Notes: a model not told the origin generated them from the letters alone. A stretch of 64,000 bases of DNA from Octopus vulgaris (GCA_951406725.2 OX597815.1:155496001-155560000), one strand, 5' to 3'; shown: positions 1 through 14,070, counted from the first letter of the stretch. Translations and numbers: made by a program.

Positions 1-849
1 ATGCCTAGTTCACTCTACATTTACCCTTTCTCTACTACCCACCATCAAACCACTTCTCCCTTACCAAATCTCAAACATCATTCATGGAAAATGAAATTAA
101 TCAATTGAAACTTTATTCCAAACTGTCAAAAATTGTACCATTTTATAATACTAACTCAAGGTTTACTCATTATTCTATATCATATATCATCCATTATTTA
201 TTTTTCTTTCCTTGTTTTATCATTCTGCTTGTCACAGTATGTGTTCAAATGTTGAGCTTCAAAAGAATTCAAAAAGTGTTGTTTACCAAGTGGAAAGTGG
301 GACTGTTTATCTATGCATGAAAGTGTTTGCCAGGATAAAATGCAGATGTTTTTCCTAGCAATGTCAAGAACAAAAAAAGTTCCCTGAGCAAAAAGTGAAA
401 GACTTTTTTTATATATTTGAAATATAAATAGTAAGCGTTAAACCATAATGGAAGGAATAGATTTATTGAGAGAATGGTAGTGGAGTAACAGAAGAAACAG
501 TGAAGAAAGGAATAATGGAGGAGACAGGAGAAAGGGAAAGAGCAATTGCTGGGGTTAAAAATGGTTAAGGTAAATGAGATGAGTTAAGTAGTGAGATCCA
601 GTGTCTGGCTAAGTTGGACTCAGTGTTCTCATATCATATTATCATAGTATCATCATCATCATCTAGTTTCCACTTTCCATGCTGGCATGGGTTAGACGGT
701 TTAACTGGAAAAGCATCAGGTTTCAGTCTGATTTTAGCTTGTTTCCATGGCTGAATGCCTTTCCTGACGCCAAATATTTCAAGAGTGTAGTGGATGCCTT
801 TTACATGTCACCCACATAGGTGCATTGTTATCCATGCCTGGCCAGGATC

Positions 850-1460
850 CAAGTCAGTTCTTAGTGGAATTACAAAGTTTATTGTTGAGAAAGGGTTGAA
901 GGAAATTGATTAAGTTAGTGTTAAAGAAGAAGGTAGTAAAATGGAAGGGGAAAAGGTAGTATGAGAGAGTGAAAGAGTAATAGGGATGGTGGGGAATGTT
1001 GAACAGGAGGTAATATAGTGCAACTCTCTGTTATATATAAGAAGGTAGAATGGGGGATGAAGGAGAGACATGAGGTGATGATGATGAGAAGCAAGTGTAT
1101 CCTCAAGGTAAGTGTATCCTCATGGTAACATGTCCAATGGAGCAAAATGAAATAAGAATTAAGGAGTTGATGGCAGGGTTGCCTGAGTGCAGCCCCTTCC
1201 AACTCAAGCATTATGATTCAGGGGAAAAGAGGAAGGTAGGAAGAGACTGTTGGTGGATTTAAGGAGGAGAAGATATTCAAAATGTATGCATTGAGTACTT
1301 TCTTCTTGATTATAATACAGTAAGGGAAGAGATGATGGAAAGATGAGAGTATAGAGTATATATAATTTGTAGGGAAAGAGATAGTGGGGAGATGTGATAG
1401 TAGAGAATATGAAATAGGTTGCAGGGTGTATGTACGAGGTAATAGATAGTGGGATGCATG
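850..1460 (-). mobile_element. Highly decayed LINE remnant, possibly an endonuclease region
   Basis: Purine-rich plus strand and broken frames with weak endonuclease-like fragments; clade not assignable. Confidence 0.3.
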
Positions 1461-1559
1461 CACTACACCAGTATTTTGAATATTTTGCCAATCTTGCATG
1501 GGAAGTCAGATCTGCTGCAGCAACGCATGTTGGCTGTTGACAAATTCCTTTTTCATCTC

Positions 1560-2390
1560 CTTTGTCGTGTAGCATCTTGCTTTCATTTTTCCCCAAATCA
1601 TACCAAATTTTTCTCAGCCTTCCTCTTCCACTGGTATCATTCACTTTGAGCACCGAGGACTTGCTTATACAACTGTCATCCTCCATCTGCATCACATGCC
1701 AATATGATTGCAGTCTCCTATTTTGCACACTGATTACTCTTATACCTATTTTGTGTCTTAATTCGTTTTATATTTCGTCATGCTTGCACACTACCATGTC
1801 ACATCCAGCAAATAATACTTACCTCCTTTTTTCTAATCTTTACAAGTCTTTAACATTAAGAGCCTTCATCTTCCTACCAGGCAACATCACACTTCTCTAA
1901 CACTCCAATCCATTCCTACTCAAGTGGTAACACTTTCAGAACTCCCATCCCCATTAATTATGTCCCTTGGTAAAAAAAAAGTAATCCAAGGGAGCCATCC
2001 AAGCATGTGAGAGGATCTATTTTCCATGTGCTTTTTGACCTAGCACATCTGTTACATATGAAATTTACTTTCTCCTTTAGCATGTCTCTGATCCCACTAC
2101 ACATTTTGTGCATCTGTTGTTTACACTGGGCACATTAATTGACTTACTCTTGTCTCCTGTCTTTCAGATAGAGCATGGTCATTTCCCTGATGCTATAAGG
2201 GTTCTATCTTCCTCCCTTTTTACTAAAGCTTATGTTTTTACTAAGTTTACTTCAAGGATCTTCAATTCCAGGTTCTCCTATGTCTGGAATTTTTGTTTTA
2301 TTTTTTCTACTAAGTCTTCTATAAGCACTAAGTCATCAGTTGCACACTGGAATTCCCAAGGACAGCTGGTATTAAATTCCTCTTTCTAAA
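1560..2390 (-). mobile_element. Decayed RTE-clade LINE, 3' part
   Basis: ORF 1204..1728 begins RRLQSYWHVMQMEDDSC...GRGRLRKIW, the RTE C-terminus. Upstream are a Cys/His remnant (PCSI...C...H) and a degenerate YxDD. Homologous to the element at 6496-9530. Confidence 0.75.
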
Positions 2391-2479
2391 GCTCGGTGGA
2401 TTATATTAAAGGTTGGGTACTAAGAACTGAACCCTGATTGTCATAAACCAGTTCGAAGAAGGCTTTTATTCACACTTTA

Positions 2480-4535
2480 TTCTGCTTGCGATCTAATCCA
2501 TTAATCATGGCTGTTCAGCAATTAAGATGCACAGTTTTATATTAAGCAAAGACAGTATCCATCTATCTATGTCATTCAACATTATGCAGCATTTTCGTAC
2601 TCAATACAAAATAAGATATCTATATTTTCATCTACTATTTACTATTGTAGAAAGGAATTAATGATAGGATATTATAATTCATAACAGCCTGCCAATGATC
2701 TTGAAAATTCAAACATTCGCTCATGAGGTGTTGTATTGGTAGCTGTACAGATGAGTCCTCTCATAGCTGATAGTGCCATGGGAGGGGCCATCAACGATTG
2801 TCCTCTATCTTGTTGGGAACTAAGTGTTAGATTTATGGTCTTCATGAGGGCACCATTGGTCCTTTCACATTGGCCATTGTCTTGAGATCAATAGGGAGAT
2901 GTTCTATTGTTTTTATTGTTCCCTTAGCATGATGGATGTCCTGGAGCTTGTTATCAAATTGGGTTCCTCTGTCAGAGTGGATACAACTTGGTGATCCAAA
3001 AAATGAAAACAGGTTGAGAGGGTGGGAAATTACTGTTTTCATACTCATGTATTTGCATGGGTATGTGAATGGGTACCTTGAGTAGTCATCGACTATTACC
3101 AATAAGTAACGGTATTGTGTGGTTGATATCAAGGTACCAATGAAGTTGATAGAGAGGCTCTCCCAAGGTCGCGATGCCTGTATTAATTGACCCATAAGTG
3201 GTTTGTGGAAGTGGGGGTTTGAGTTTGTTGCATGTAGAGCAAGCAAGTGTCATTTCATGGATTTTGTTGAGGGAGAACAACAGGTCTCATACTTTACAGT
3301 AGTGAAGTAGGCAGGTCACTCCTGGGTGGCACAGTTGTTTGTAAAGGGTTACTAGTGTTGTAGTGTCTCTTATTTCTGCACATCTTGATAGTGCATCTGT
3401 TGCTTTGTTTTGAGTTCCAGGTCTATAGGAGATTGTGTAATTTATGCACGAGAGGTCCAAGCACCAGCGTATATGATTTTCATTTTTGTTGTCCCTTGCT
3501 TATTGAAGATCATCGCTACTGAGTGTCGATTGGTGATGATATTGCAGTATGAAGAAACATGTATTAGGTGGCACCATTTTCAGCAACATTCTATGATTGT
3601 GCAGGCTTCTCTCTCAATGATGGGTTGGTGTTTTTCTGATTTTGAAAGGGACTTTGAAAAAGACATTGAATAGAAGGCCACTGGCCTTCCTTGTTGTAAT
3701 AGCATCCTTCCCAATGCTTGGTCAGAAGCATCTGTTTCAATGGTAAGTGGTATTCCAGATTATGGAACAGCAAGTATGGCATTTACCAATGCAGTCTTGA
3801 GAGATGCAATTGCTGTTTTTGCTTCTTCTGGCAGTCCTGCATTGTTGATATTCTCTCTGGCTTTTGAGTGGAATGGTGAGTCTGGAGCACTTAGATACCC
3901 ATTTTGCATAATATGCAAAAATGCCTATTATTCGATTTAATTCTCTCAATATTCTTGGTTCTGGCATATCTTGTAGAGTTTGATACCATTTAGAGTCAGG
4001 TTTTATTGTGGAATTTTTAATAATATGCCCAAGAAAGCTGATTTGCTTCTTAGAGAATTGACTCTTGCTCTTATTGATGGTCATGCCAGATGTTATGTTT
4101 CGGCTGCCTGAATAAATCTCCTGAGGTTATTGTCATGCTTGTGTTGACCTTTGCCAGCTGATTTGCTGTCTTATCTGTTAATCACAGCTATCCAATGGTT
4201 AAGATGTGTTGTTTTATGTTAGGTAAAGACAATATCTATCTATCAATGTCATTCGACACTATGCTGCATTTTTGTACTCAGTACAAGATAAGATATATAC
4301 ATATATATATATATATATATTTATCTATTTTTTACTGTTGTCACAAGGAATTAATGGTACTCTTTTACTCTTTTACTTGTTTCAGTCATTTAACTGCGGC
4401 CATGCTGGAGCACTGCCTTTAGTCGAGCGAATCGACCCCAGGACTTATTCTTTGTAAGCCTAGTACTTATTTTATCGTTCTCTTTTGCTGAACCGCTAAG
4501 TTACGGGATATTATAGGATATTATAATTCACAACA
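2480..4535 (-). mobile_element. Internally deleted Gypsy/Ty3 LTR retrotransposon: RT C-terminus, RNase H and integrase remnants between two LTR-like direct repeats
   Basis: TINKSKSQFSKKQISFLGHII and GIFAYYAKWV (RT); ETDASD and AFYSMSFSK (RNase H); CSTC, LVIVDDYSRYPF, IHSDRGTQF and TTPHERMF (integrase). Diverged direct repeats at about 2480-2686 and 4160-4535 start TGTT on the minus strand. Confidence 0.85.
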
Positions 4536-5239
4536 TTGATAAAACCCCCAACTTGCACACTGAATTTATTGCAGAACTCATTACTGACTGAAACTATCTG
4601 CAAGGCTTATTATTATTATTATCATTATTATTATTATTCTGCTGTTAAATGGTAATGTTAAAGTAATTAGTCTAATTATCCATCCACTTGAACTACAACT
4701 CAGGCACGCGGATGTATAATTCGTTTTTGAGTTTCTTTTTCTGTCTTTTCTAGATAAAAGTTTGTTTTTCTTTGCCTGCTGTTCATATCTGTTCTTATTT
4801 TGTCATTCCTTATCAGTCATTTTTACAAAAACACAAAGTTAATCTTCTTACAGTTTGATTTCCACATATTCCTGCTTCCACTTTTTGCAAATTCTGTAAA
4901 TAATTCTTCACTATTTCTTTTCCAAGAACTTCTTCTACACAGACATCTAGACTAGTTTTCTCTAGTTCAAGTACGTATGTCTTTGATGTCCATTTACTTT
5001 CATTTTTTCTTTCTGTTTGACCCACATTTAATTGGAGATGCATGCATCTGTACATTGTGAGCTGCTTCCTTCATATCCTTCAGCTCATTCTTCCCATCAG
5101 TATCCTTTGTCTCATTCTTCTGCTACTCAATAACTCCTGCTCCATATCTTATTAGTGATCCTACTCGCAAGTTGATTGCCTGTATGATATTTATCCACAT
5201 TCATTTCTGTACTTTTGGCTTTATCACTTTCCAATTTTG

Positions 5240-5640
5240 CATGCATCCATGCATCCATGCATCCATCCATCCATGCATCCCTCCCTCCATCCATCCATGC
5301 ATCCATCCCTCTATCCATTCACCCATGCATCCATCCATCCATGCATCCATCCATCCATGCATCCATCCATCCATCCATCCATCCATCCATCCATCCATCC
5401 ATCCATCCATCCATCCATCCATCCATCCATCCATCCATACATACATACATACATACATACATACATACATGCATACATACATAATCCAAATGATAAGACA
5501 AAAAATACATAGCTTTACAGGATATATACAAGATGATACAAGATATATAGACAGGCACACACACATACAAATACACGCAAACACACACAAACACACATAC
5601 AAATACACGTGTACACAAGCACATACACAAACACACACAC
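5240..5640. repeat. Compound microsatellite (CCAT)n-(CATA)n then CA-rich repeat
   Basis: Visible tandem arrays; source of the spurious HPSI/MDGW ORFs. Confidence 0.95.
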
Positions 5641-5694
5641 TTATACTTTTAATGATATTATATTCTTATCATTAGGTTGATCTATTTCAATACA

Positions 5695-6019
5695 CTGTTG
5701 TGTCTGGGGAGAGTCATTTTCTTTTTGTGCCTTATAATGTAACACAATCACCGGTAAAATTTCCACTTTTATCTTATTTTTATTTTCCTAAAATTTTCGT
5801 TGTGTCTTGCAACCTTTTCAATAGTTTTGACTCTTAAATAAAACACCTTGAAAAACCACATAGTAAAGTTTAATAAAAGAGAGTCAAAATTATTGAAAAG
5901 GTTGCAAGATGCAACGAAAATTTTAGGAAAATAAAAATAAAAAACAAGTGGAAATTTTTCAAGTGAGTATATTACGTTATAAGGCACAAAAAGAAAATGA
6001 CTCTCTCCAGATACAACAG
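5695..6019. repeat. Fold-back inverted repeat, arms about 140 bp, spacer about 45 bp
   Basis: ctgttgtgtctggggagagtcattttctttttgtgccttataa...ttttgactct (5695-5835) is the reverse complement of agagtcaaaa...ttataaggcacaaaaagaaaatgactctctccagatacaacag (5880-6019). Confidence 0.9.
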
Positions 6020-6495
6020 AATATGCTTCAACACACGAACTCATATAAAGAATCTTGCAAACCAAATCCAAAAACGAAATATTTCAATACATTTTTCTGA
6101 ATTTTCCCTGCATCATTTGCATCATGGCACTTTTTTCATTTCTGAAAGTCTCACAGTTTTCATTTTGGCATCATGTTGATTGTTTGTCTTTTCCTAAAGC
6201 TTTAATTAATCCGTGAACAAATAATGATTAATTTTTCATCTGTTTTTCCCTAATATCATTCCTTAGCTTTGTTTAATATTGTCAAGAAAGGTAGCAATGC
6301 AATTACAAGCAAGAAAGAATATGCTCCTTTTAAAAGACTCTCTTTCTAATCCATATATCTGCCAATCATTATCCTCTAGCTGTGAATTCAACTCTCCAGT
6401 GTTGCAGCTTTTCACAGGTAGCCAACCTTTTTGGAGATATTGAAGTTTTAGGCACTGTTTGATCTGCAAGTATGGGTCTAAATCATATTCTTTTT

Positions 6496-9400
6496 GAGGG
6501 CTTCCATGGCATACATGGAGGCTACAGTTTTGGTTCCCACAATGAGGAGGGAACCAAGCTGCTGGAGTTCTGCGATGCAAATGATCTTATGGTTTGCAAT
6601 ACTAACTTCAGAAAACCTGCCAGTCACCTAGTCTGGCAGACACACTAGTCATATTGACTACATCCTCACCAGAAAAAGGGAAAGATGGCTGCTTATAAAT
6701 GCCAAAACCTTTCCAGGCAAAGAATGTACCCAACAACATAGACTGGTAGTTAGTGACTTCAGAATCAGGGCTAAATGGATGCCCAGAAGACGACCAACAT
6801 GGAGGAAAAGGGTCTGGAAGCTTAAAGATCCTGCAAATGGACAGAGATTTAGAGACATATTACTCAAAGCCTTTGACAAAATAGAAGGGGATATAGCTTC
6901 ACATGATGTAGAAGACAACTGGAGGTTTCTATGGGACAACCTGCTGAGGGCCACTGACCAGATCTGTAGATGGTGCAAAGTCCCTTCTCGACTCAAAATA
7001 ACATGGCAGTGGAGCAATGTTGTTGACAGGGCTATTAGAGAAAAGAAATAGGCTTGGAAGGACAGGAAGAATGGTGGTAGCAGGGAATTGTATCAGACTG
7101 CCAGAAGGGAAGCTAGGAGGCAAGTTTATTTAGCCAGAGGGGAAGCAGATAAGGAAAAATTTGCCAATGTTCTGTGCTGTGAGGACCAAAGACTTAAGGT
7201 ATTTCGTGTTGCAAGACAGTGTATGAGAGAGAATCGTAATGTTGTAGGAGAGAAATGTGTTCCCATGGATAATGGTTCACTTGCACTAAATGAGGCTGCA
7301 AAAAGAGAGGTTTGGAGACGCCACTATGAAAGGTTGCTGGATAAAGAAAATGAATGGGAGAAAGAGAGTCTGCCGAATGTTGACCCAACAGAGGGACCAG
7401 CTATCCGAGTTGACAGTACCTTGGTAGATAAAGCAATTAAGAGTATGAAGACAGGGAAAGCCCCCGGCCCATCAGGAATCACTGCAGAGATGCTCAAAAT
7501 ATCTGGTAGGTGATACATGAAGGAGTCATACCCAATGACTGGTGTAGTAGCACCATAGTCAATTGCTACAAAGAAAAAGGTGACGCGTTAGATACAAATA
7601 ATTACAGAGGTATCAAGTTGTTAGATCAGGTAATGAAGGTCACAGAGAGGGTCATAGCCCAACTAATTAAGGAGAGAGTCAGTTTAGATGAAATGCCATT
7701 TGGGTTCATACCAGGGAAAAGTACCACTGATGCTATATTTCTGGTAAGAGGGCTGCAGGAGAAATACCTGGCTAAAGATAAACCTCTGTTCCTGGTTTTT
7801 GTTGACATGGAGAAAGCCTTTGACAGGGTTGCATGATTCCTTATCTGGTGGTCAATTAGGAAACTAGGGTAGATGAATGGTTAGTGAGAGATGTGCAAGC
7901 CATGTACAGGGATGCTGTCAGTAAGGTGAGGGTTGGCAACAAGTACAGTGAAGAATTCTAGGTGGAGGTAGAGGTCCACCAAGGTTCAGTCTTTAGATCC
8001 CTCCTATTTATCATAGTCCCCTAGACAATAATAGAGGAATTCAAGACAAGATGCCCCTAGGAGCTCCTCTATGCTGACGACGTTGCTCTAATTGCTGAGT
8101 CACTATCAGAACTCAAGGAGAAGTTTGAGGTGTGGAAACAAGGATTAAAATCAAAGGGCCTTAGAGTCAACCAAGCTAAAACCAAAGTCCTAATAAGTAG
8201 GAAGGCAGGCAAACCACAAATCCCTTCAGGTAGATGGCCCTGCTCAATCTGTAGTAAAAGCATATGTAGAAACTTTATAAGATGATGCTATGGACACATA
8301 AGATGTGCAGCAATATCAAAGGAAAATAGATTTTGTACATGGCAGATGCTCAGGAGCAATAAACACTGAAAATGTGCAGAGAACAACTTCTGCCACACTC
8401 CAGGGAGAAAAACTAGAAGTAGTTGATAGCTTACGTTACCTAGGTGACCTAGTCAGTAGCAGGGGAGGTTGTGCTGAAAGAGTAGCTGCGAGAATAAGAA
8501 TAGCCTGGGCAAAGTTCATAGAGCTCTTGCCTCTGCTGGTGACAAAGAGCCTCTTGCTCTGAGTAAAAAGTAGACTGTATGACACATGTGTACAAACAGC
8601 CATGCTACATGGCAGTGAAACATAGGCCATGACTGCTGAGAACATGCATAAGCTCACAAGGAATGAAGCCAGTATGATCTGATGGATGTGTAATGTCAGT
8701 GTGCATACTCGACAGAGTGTAAGTGCCTTGAGAGAAAAGTTGGCCCTAAGAAGCATCAGATGTGGTGTGCAAGAGAGACGACTGCACTGGTATGGTCATG
8801 TGGTGAGAATGGATGAAGATAGTTGTGTGAAAAAGTGCCACACCCTAGCACTTGAGGGAACTTGTGGAAGAGGTAGACCCAGTAAGATCTGAGATGAGGT
8901 GGTGAAGTACGATCTTCAAACATTAGGTGTCACCGAAGCAATGACTAATGACTGAGACTTTAGGAAATATACTGTGCTTGAGAAGATCCAGCAAGTCAAA
9001 TGAGACCATAACCTCATGGCCTATGCCAGGAGTGTAACCAGCCCACTTATGCATACCTTTCCTTCATTGGACACTAAACTCTGCTTGCGAAGGCCTGTTG
9101 AGGCAAGTGAAATCAAAATCAAATTCGATGACGGGCATCCGTGCTAGTGGGGTGCCAAGAGCACCATCCGAGCGTGATCGGGGCTAGAGCAGCAAACTGG
9201 TTTCCATGCCAGTGGCATGTAAAAAGCACCATTCGAGCATGATCGTTACCAGCATCGCCTTACTGGCACTTGTGCCGGTGGTACGTGAAAAAACATTTGA
9301 GCGAGGTCATTGCCAGTGCCACTGGACTGGCCCCCATGCTGGTGGCACATAAAAGCACCCACTACACTCTCGGGGTGGTTGGCTTTAGGAAGGGCATTCA

Positions 9401-9530
9401 GTTGTAGAAACTCTGCCAGATCAAGATTGGAGCCTGGTGCAGTCATCTGGTTCACCAGTCCTCAATCAAATCGTCCAACCCATGCTATCATGGAAAGCAG
9501 ATGTTAAACGATGATGATGATGATGATGAG
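6496..9530 (+). mobile_element. 5'-truncated, inactivated RTE-clade LINE (endonuclease end, RT, C-terminus, 3'UTR, (GAT)n tail)
   Basis: NEEGTKLLEFC...HIDYIL...HRLVVSD (APE end); GKAPGPSGI, NYRGIKLL, GKSTTDAIF, FVDMEKAFDRV, VHQGSVF and YADD near 8070 (RT); RRLHWYGHV...GRGRP; tail gttaaacgatgatgat. Multiple stops and frameshifts. Confidence 0.95.
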
Positions 9531-9559
9531 AAATTGATGCATGCAGTAGGTAAATGTCA

Positions 9560-11260
9560 GTCTCTTTCTGCAGTTCCTCAATACCAACCTATCAATTGTT
9601 TGTTCTTTCATTTCTTTGCTTTTTTCTTTTTCAATGGCCTTTCACTTTATGAGGCCTAAAGTGCTTCTCATGTAGGTGTTGCTAAACCTCTGCTGTAATA
9701 ATCCTTGTTAGGTGATTTCACATATTAATGGTCAGTTCCTTTTAGTTTTTCTTTCAATTTCAAGAAAATACTTTAACCACAGCAGTATATCTTCCTTTGA
9801 CATGCTCTCATTTAGTTCTATCACTTTGATTATATAGAGACATGTAAGCATGTTAAACCAGTAACCATGGAGAAGATCTTCTCCATCAGCTTCCCATTTT
9901 CTTACCTTTATTAGTTGCTTTTGATTATCTCCTTTCATGATGGTATTCTCTTTCTGTGCTTCAACATTTTCAGTGTAATTTATCGTCTTGATATATTCAC
10001 TGTATATTACTACCACACTTAGTATTACTCCTCAAAATACCCCTTTTTTTAGAATTCACAATTACGTTTTCATTTATTTCATTTCCTTCAAGAATATCAA
10101 GGGCAATTTTGTTTATATTGGTTGTGTCTTTCTTTGTATTTTGACAGCTTTCATCTTTATTCTCTGCTTAGGTCTTCAATTTTTGCTCTAAAACCTCTTC
10201 TCCTTAATCTACATCAACTAATCTACTCTTCTTTTCTTCTTTCTTCAATTTACCTTGCTTCCATTGATGGCCCAGCTCATATACCTTTCCTAAGATTGCT
10301 ATTCTTTTTTATTAATATCTACCTTTTCCACCAAGGTATCAGCTGGTCCTTCTTTTATCCTCTCTTTTCTCCCAAGTTTCTACAACAGTATTAGCACCTA
10401 ATATTATTGTATTAGTAGGTGCATGGCCCAGTGGTTAGAGCATCAAGCTTATGATCGTGATGTGGTGAGTTCAATTCCTGGACTGGGCTGCATGTTGTGT
10501 GCCTCAGCTGTAGAAATGAGTTACAACATTACTGGTACAAGTTGTATCGGCCTTTGCCTTTCCCTTGGATAACATCAGTGGTGTAGAGAGGGAAGACTGG
10601 TATGCGTGGGCAACTGCTGGCCAATCCATAAACAACCTTGCTCGCACTTATGTCTCGGAGGGTAACTTTTTAGGTGCAATCCCATGGTCATTCAAGACTG
10701 AAGGTGGTCTCCTTAGTAGGTGCTAAACAATTTAAAGTTTTTTACAGTTTTTACCTTATCAATAGTACTAAACCTGTTCTTTTTTTAACCTTGGTTTAAT
10801 CAAACGTCTTCAAATTAACTCATTCTAGGTTCTCTCATTTCTTACACAACTGAGTTTTCCAAGATCTCTACTGGCTCATTGTTAAGGCTTTCCACATCAA
10901 TTTCTTTTTCTTCTAACATGTTTCTATTTGCCATTGTTTTAAATGCCAAGATTGTGTTTCCTACTTAGCTATGTTGGTTGCATACTTCTGATACTCATCA
11001 GAGTTATTGTTATGCATTTGGCTCTGGTATGTTGGTTCTTGTACTTCTTGATCTATCTTTCTATGTATTTCTTCCGTTTCCAAGTCAGTGAGATATTTTC
11101 CATTCCTATACTTGGCTTGCTAGCTGATGTTCATTGAGTTTAATCACTCCCACATCATTTCAAATGTTCAACATTCTTATCCAGAATCCTTCATTCCTTG
11201 GTTCTTTTCTTAAATAACATTCCATTGCTATCTTGTTGATTTCCTTTTTTTTTTGCACTT
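9560..11260 (-). mobile_element. Very decayed non-LTR retrotransposon, possibly R4/Dong-like
   Basis: KVRKWEADGEDLLHGYWFNML resembles the WKAPGxDxxxGYWxK pre-RT motif; PWWKR near 10330; interrupted by a SINE. Confidence 0.45.
10417..10715 (+). mobile_element. tRNA-derived SINE, family C (also 48510-48847 + and 63365-63695 +)
   Basis: A-box tggcccagtggttagagc, B-box gagttcaattcc, shared body cagctgtagaaatgagtt...ggtgcaatcccatggtcattca in three copies. Confidence 0.85.
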
Positions 11261-11552
11261 TTTGCTCTGAAGTTACACAATGACTAGCTCTGCGCTACTG
11301 TGCTACAGAAAACCTACTGAATGAAAAATCTTTACTTGAAGCTCCCATCTCCTTCATGCAGTTATTAAGTCTGACATAATGTACTCATATACAAACAGTG
11401 ACTGCTTTTGTTTTATTTATCAAGATGCCATCTCTATGAAGGTTGTCAGGTTTCATAATGGTGTCATGATAAGATGCCTAAAAAAATCCTCTGTCCATTG
11501 AAGTAGATTTAACCACGTCTATGATCGGGGGTTTCAGTAAGACAACATTTAA

Positions 11553-12050
11553 GAATAATAATGATAATGAAATTATTGTATACAGTACTCAGGTGCACCA
11601 CAACTTGTCAAAAGTGCATATAAAGCATATGCAGTAATGTACAAATCTCTGGAAAGTGAACAGTGTATGAGTCAGATACATGCTTGCATGTGTATGGAGG
11701 GGAGAAAATCAAGTGTAGTGTTGGCGAATCTCAGGAAGCATGGAAGTTTTGAAGTATGCAGTGCTCTGATAACTAACAACTGATACCGGCAGTTTGTTCC
11801 ATGCTTCAGCAACTCTTAGTGTGAAAAAATGTTTCTGAAAGTCGTGGGAGCTGTGCTGTTTTCTGACTTTGTAAACATGTTCACAGGTGTTAGACAGGTG
11901 GAGTTTGAAAAGGTGCTCAGAGTTATTGTTAGAGTTATTGTAAGATGGATAATAATTTTTATGGGTGTCTGCCAAGTCAGCTGCCAGATGTCGGAGTTTC
12001 AATGTATCCATGCCCAGGGAAGTAGAAAGGTTATTAAAGGTTGTCAACAA
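11553..12050 (-). mobile_element. CR1-clade LINE 3' fragment with (ATT)n-like tail
   Basis: LGMDTLKLRHLAADL...HVYKVRKQ...HFFTLRVAEAWNKLPVSVV...FK is the canonical CR1 ORF2 C-terminus. Confidence 0.85.
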
Positions 12051-12881
12051 GACTTAAAGAAGCCTTTCCCAGCCACATGATTTTATGTTCAGTTCCACTG
12101 CACTGCACTACAAGTGTCTCTTACTATAGCTTCATGCTGAGAAAAGCCTTAACAATGAATTTGGTGGTTTGAAACTGAAAGAGAAATGTGTGTGTGTTTG
12201 TGTATATCTGCCATTGCTTGTAGAAAAAGTGTGGTGTTTAGTGTTGTCGTTACTTTTCTTCTCACTTCACAAGAGGTAAGACCTACTTTTGCCTGTCTCT
12301 TGTCATAGATCCTTTCTCCAGCATTCACCACTTCACCTCATCATGGTTTAACACCCCTCAATGTTTGTTTTTATTGTTTTGTTCTTACTGACCTATTTTT
12401 TGTTAACACTTTAACCCTTCACAAAAATCCCAAATTTTATTTAATTTGCTGTGCGAGAAGGACTGTTTTAACAAAGTTGCATCTTGTCCCTACCTTCTAA
12501 ACATGGAGTAGATAAAATGGGACAACTGATGAAGGGATTGTTCTTTATGTTGCCTGTCTCATTTCTCTATTTGTTTCTTTTGCTGTCCGGGAAAAAAAGT
12601 TCGTTTTGCATGTCTTTGTTTTTTTATGTTCTCGTTTTTCATTTTGTTCACGTCTTTTTGACTTCCTGTACCTAAATATGCATGTATATATACATATATA
12701 TGTAGGTATGTACATATATGTATATATAAATGCATATATATAAATATTATTTATATTATATGATCGAACACCACGCATCCATTTCCAAGTAAGTTTTATC
12801 TATCTATCTATCTATCTCATCATCATCATCATTGTTTAACATCCGTTTTCCATGCTAGCATGGGTTATATATGTATATATA

Positions 12882-13422
12882 TCTATATAAGTAAAAACAA
12901 AAATCTGTTTGTTTGGGACCCCTATATCCCAGTCTACATTTGCTCTACATAGACATATTATATACCTTTTTGGAATCAGGATAATCCTAGGATTAAAAAT
13001 CTCCCCTTCATTTGGTTCTTCAACATCCAGCATTGAAATCTGATTTAAAAGCTTTTGGGTTGCTATTTCTAGCAGATAAAGCTTGGCTGATTCATGCCAT
13101 CTTAGTTGGTGTTAGGTGACATCAGAGATCAAGGGGGGAGATAATGACATTTGCTCCATTAATTTTGCATCAAGATAAGAACTTTGGGACAAATTGGCCA
13201 ACAGCTGGAATTCAACTTGGAACTGGAGCAATAGAATGATTGCCTTACAGAATTAATTCTCATCCATCCTTAATCTCTGATTAAACACCACCGGGGTATA
13301 TAGTCATTATGGATGTATTATAGTCATACTATTTAGCTTTCTTTAATTTTGGACTGCAGGCTCAATTAGCCCTCCGCAGGAGTTAGCTTAAAAGTCCACA
13401 TGGAGTGTGGCCTTTAAGCTAA
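12882..13422 (+). mobile_element. Possible non-autonomous Helitron-like element
   Basis: Starts a|TCTATATAAG...tgtttgtttg and ends in a strong hairpin ttagcttaaaagtccaca-tggag-tgtggcctttaagctaa finishing CTAA|t, inside a (TA)n run. Confidence 0.4.
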
Positions 13423-13619
13423 TATATATATATACTGCTTTGCCCTACAGACTCATAAAATCAGTGCTTATCCAGATTTTCAAAGTGTTTTGGTAACTGA
13501 GATTACATGATTCTCTTGCACATGACCCAGTTCAATACAGGTTAACACCCAGATAATGCTGTTTGTACTCATTTTCAGCTCTGTGAATCCGGCATCTAAC
13601 TACAATGCCATGCACCATG

Positions 13620-14070
<451 letters not shown>

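Noticed and set aside
4690-5200. Possible LINE C-terminal remnant on the minus strand
   Set aside because: Too degraded to assign a motif or clade.
5127-5675. Long ORFs of HPSI/MDGW/YIHT repeats (similar ones near 14.5k, 20.3k, 35.4k, 43.3k, 46.8k)
   Set aside because: Translations of microsatellites; no coding signature.
12470-12675. ttgtccc...gggacaa hairpin followed by CTGATGA
   Set aside because: No stem II plus GAAA could be placed; probably a repeat tail but not callable as a hammerhead.
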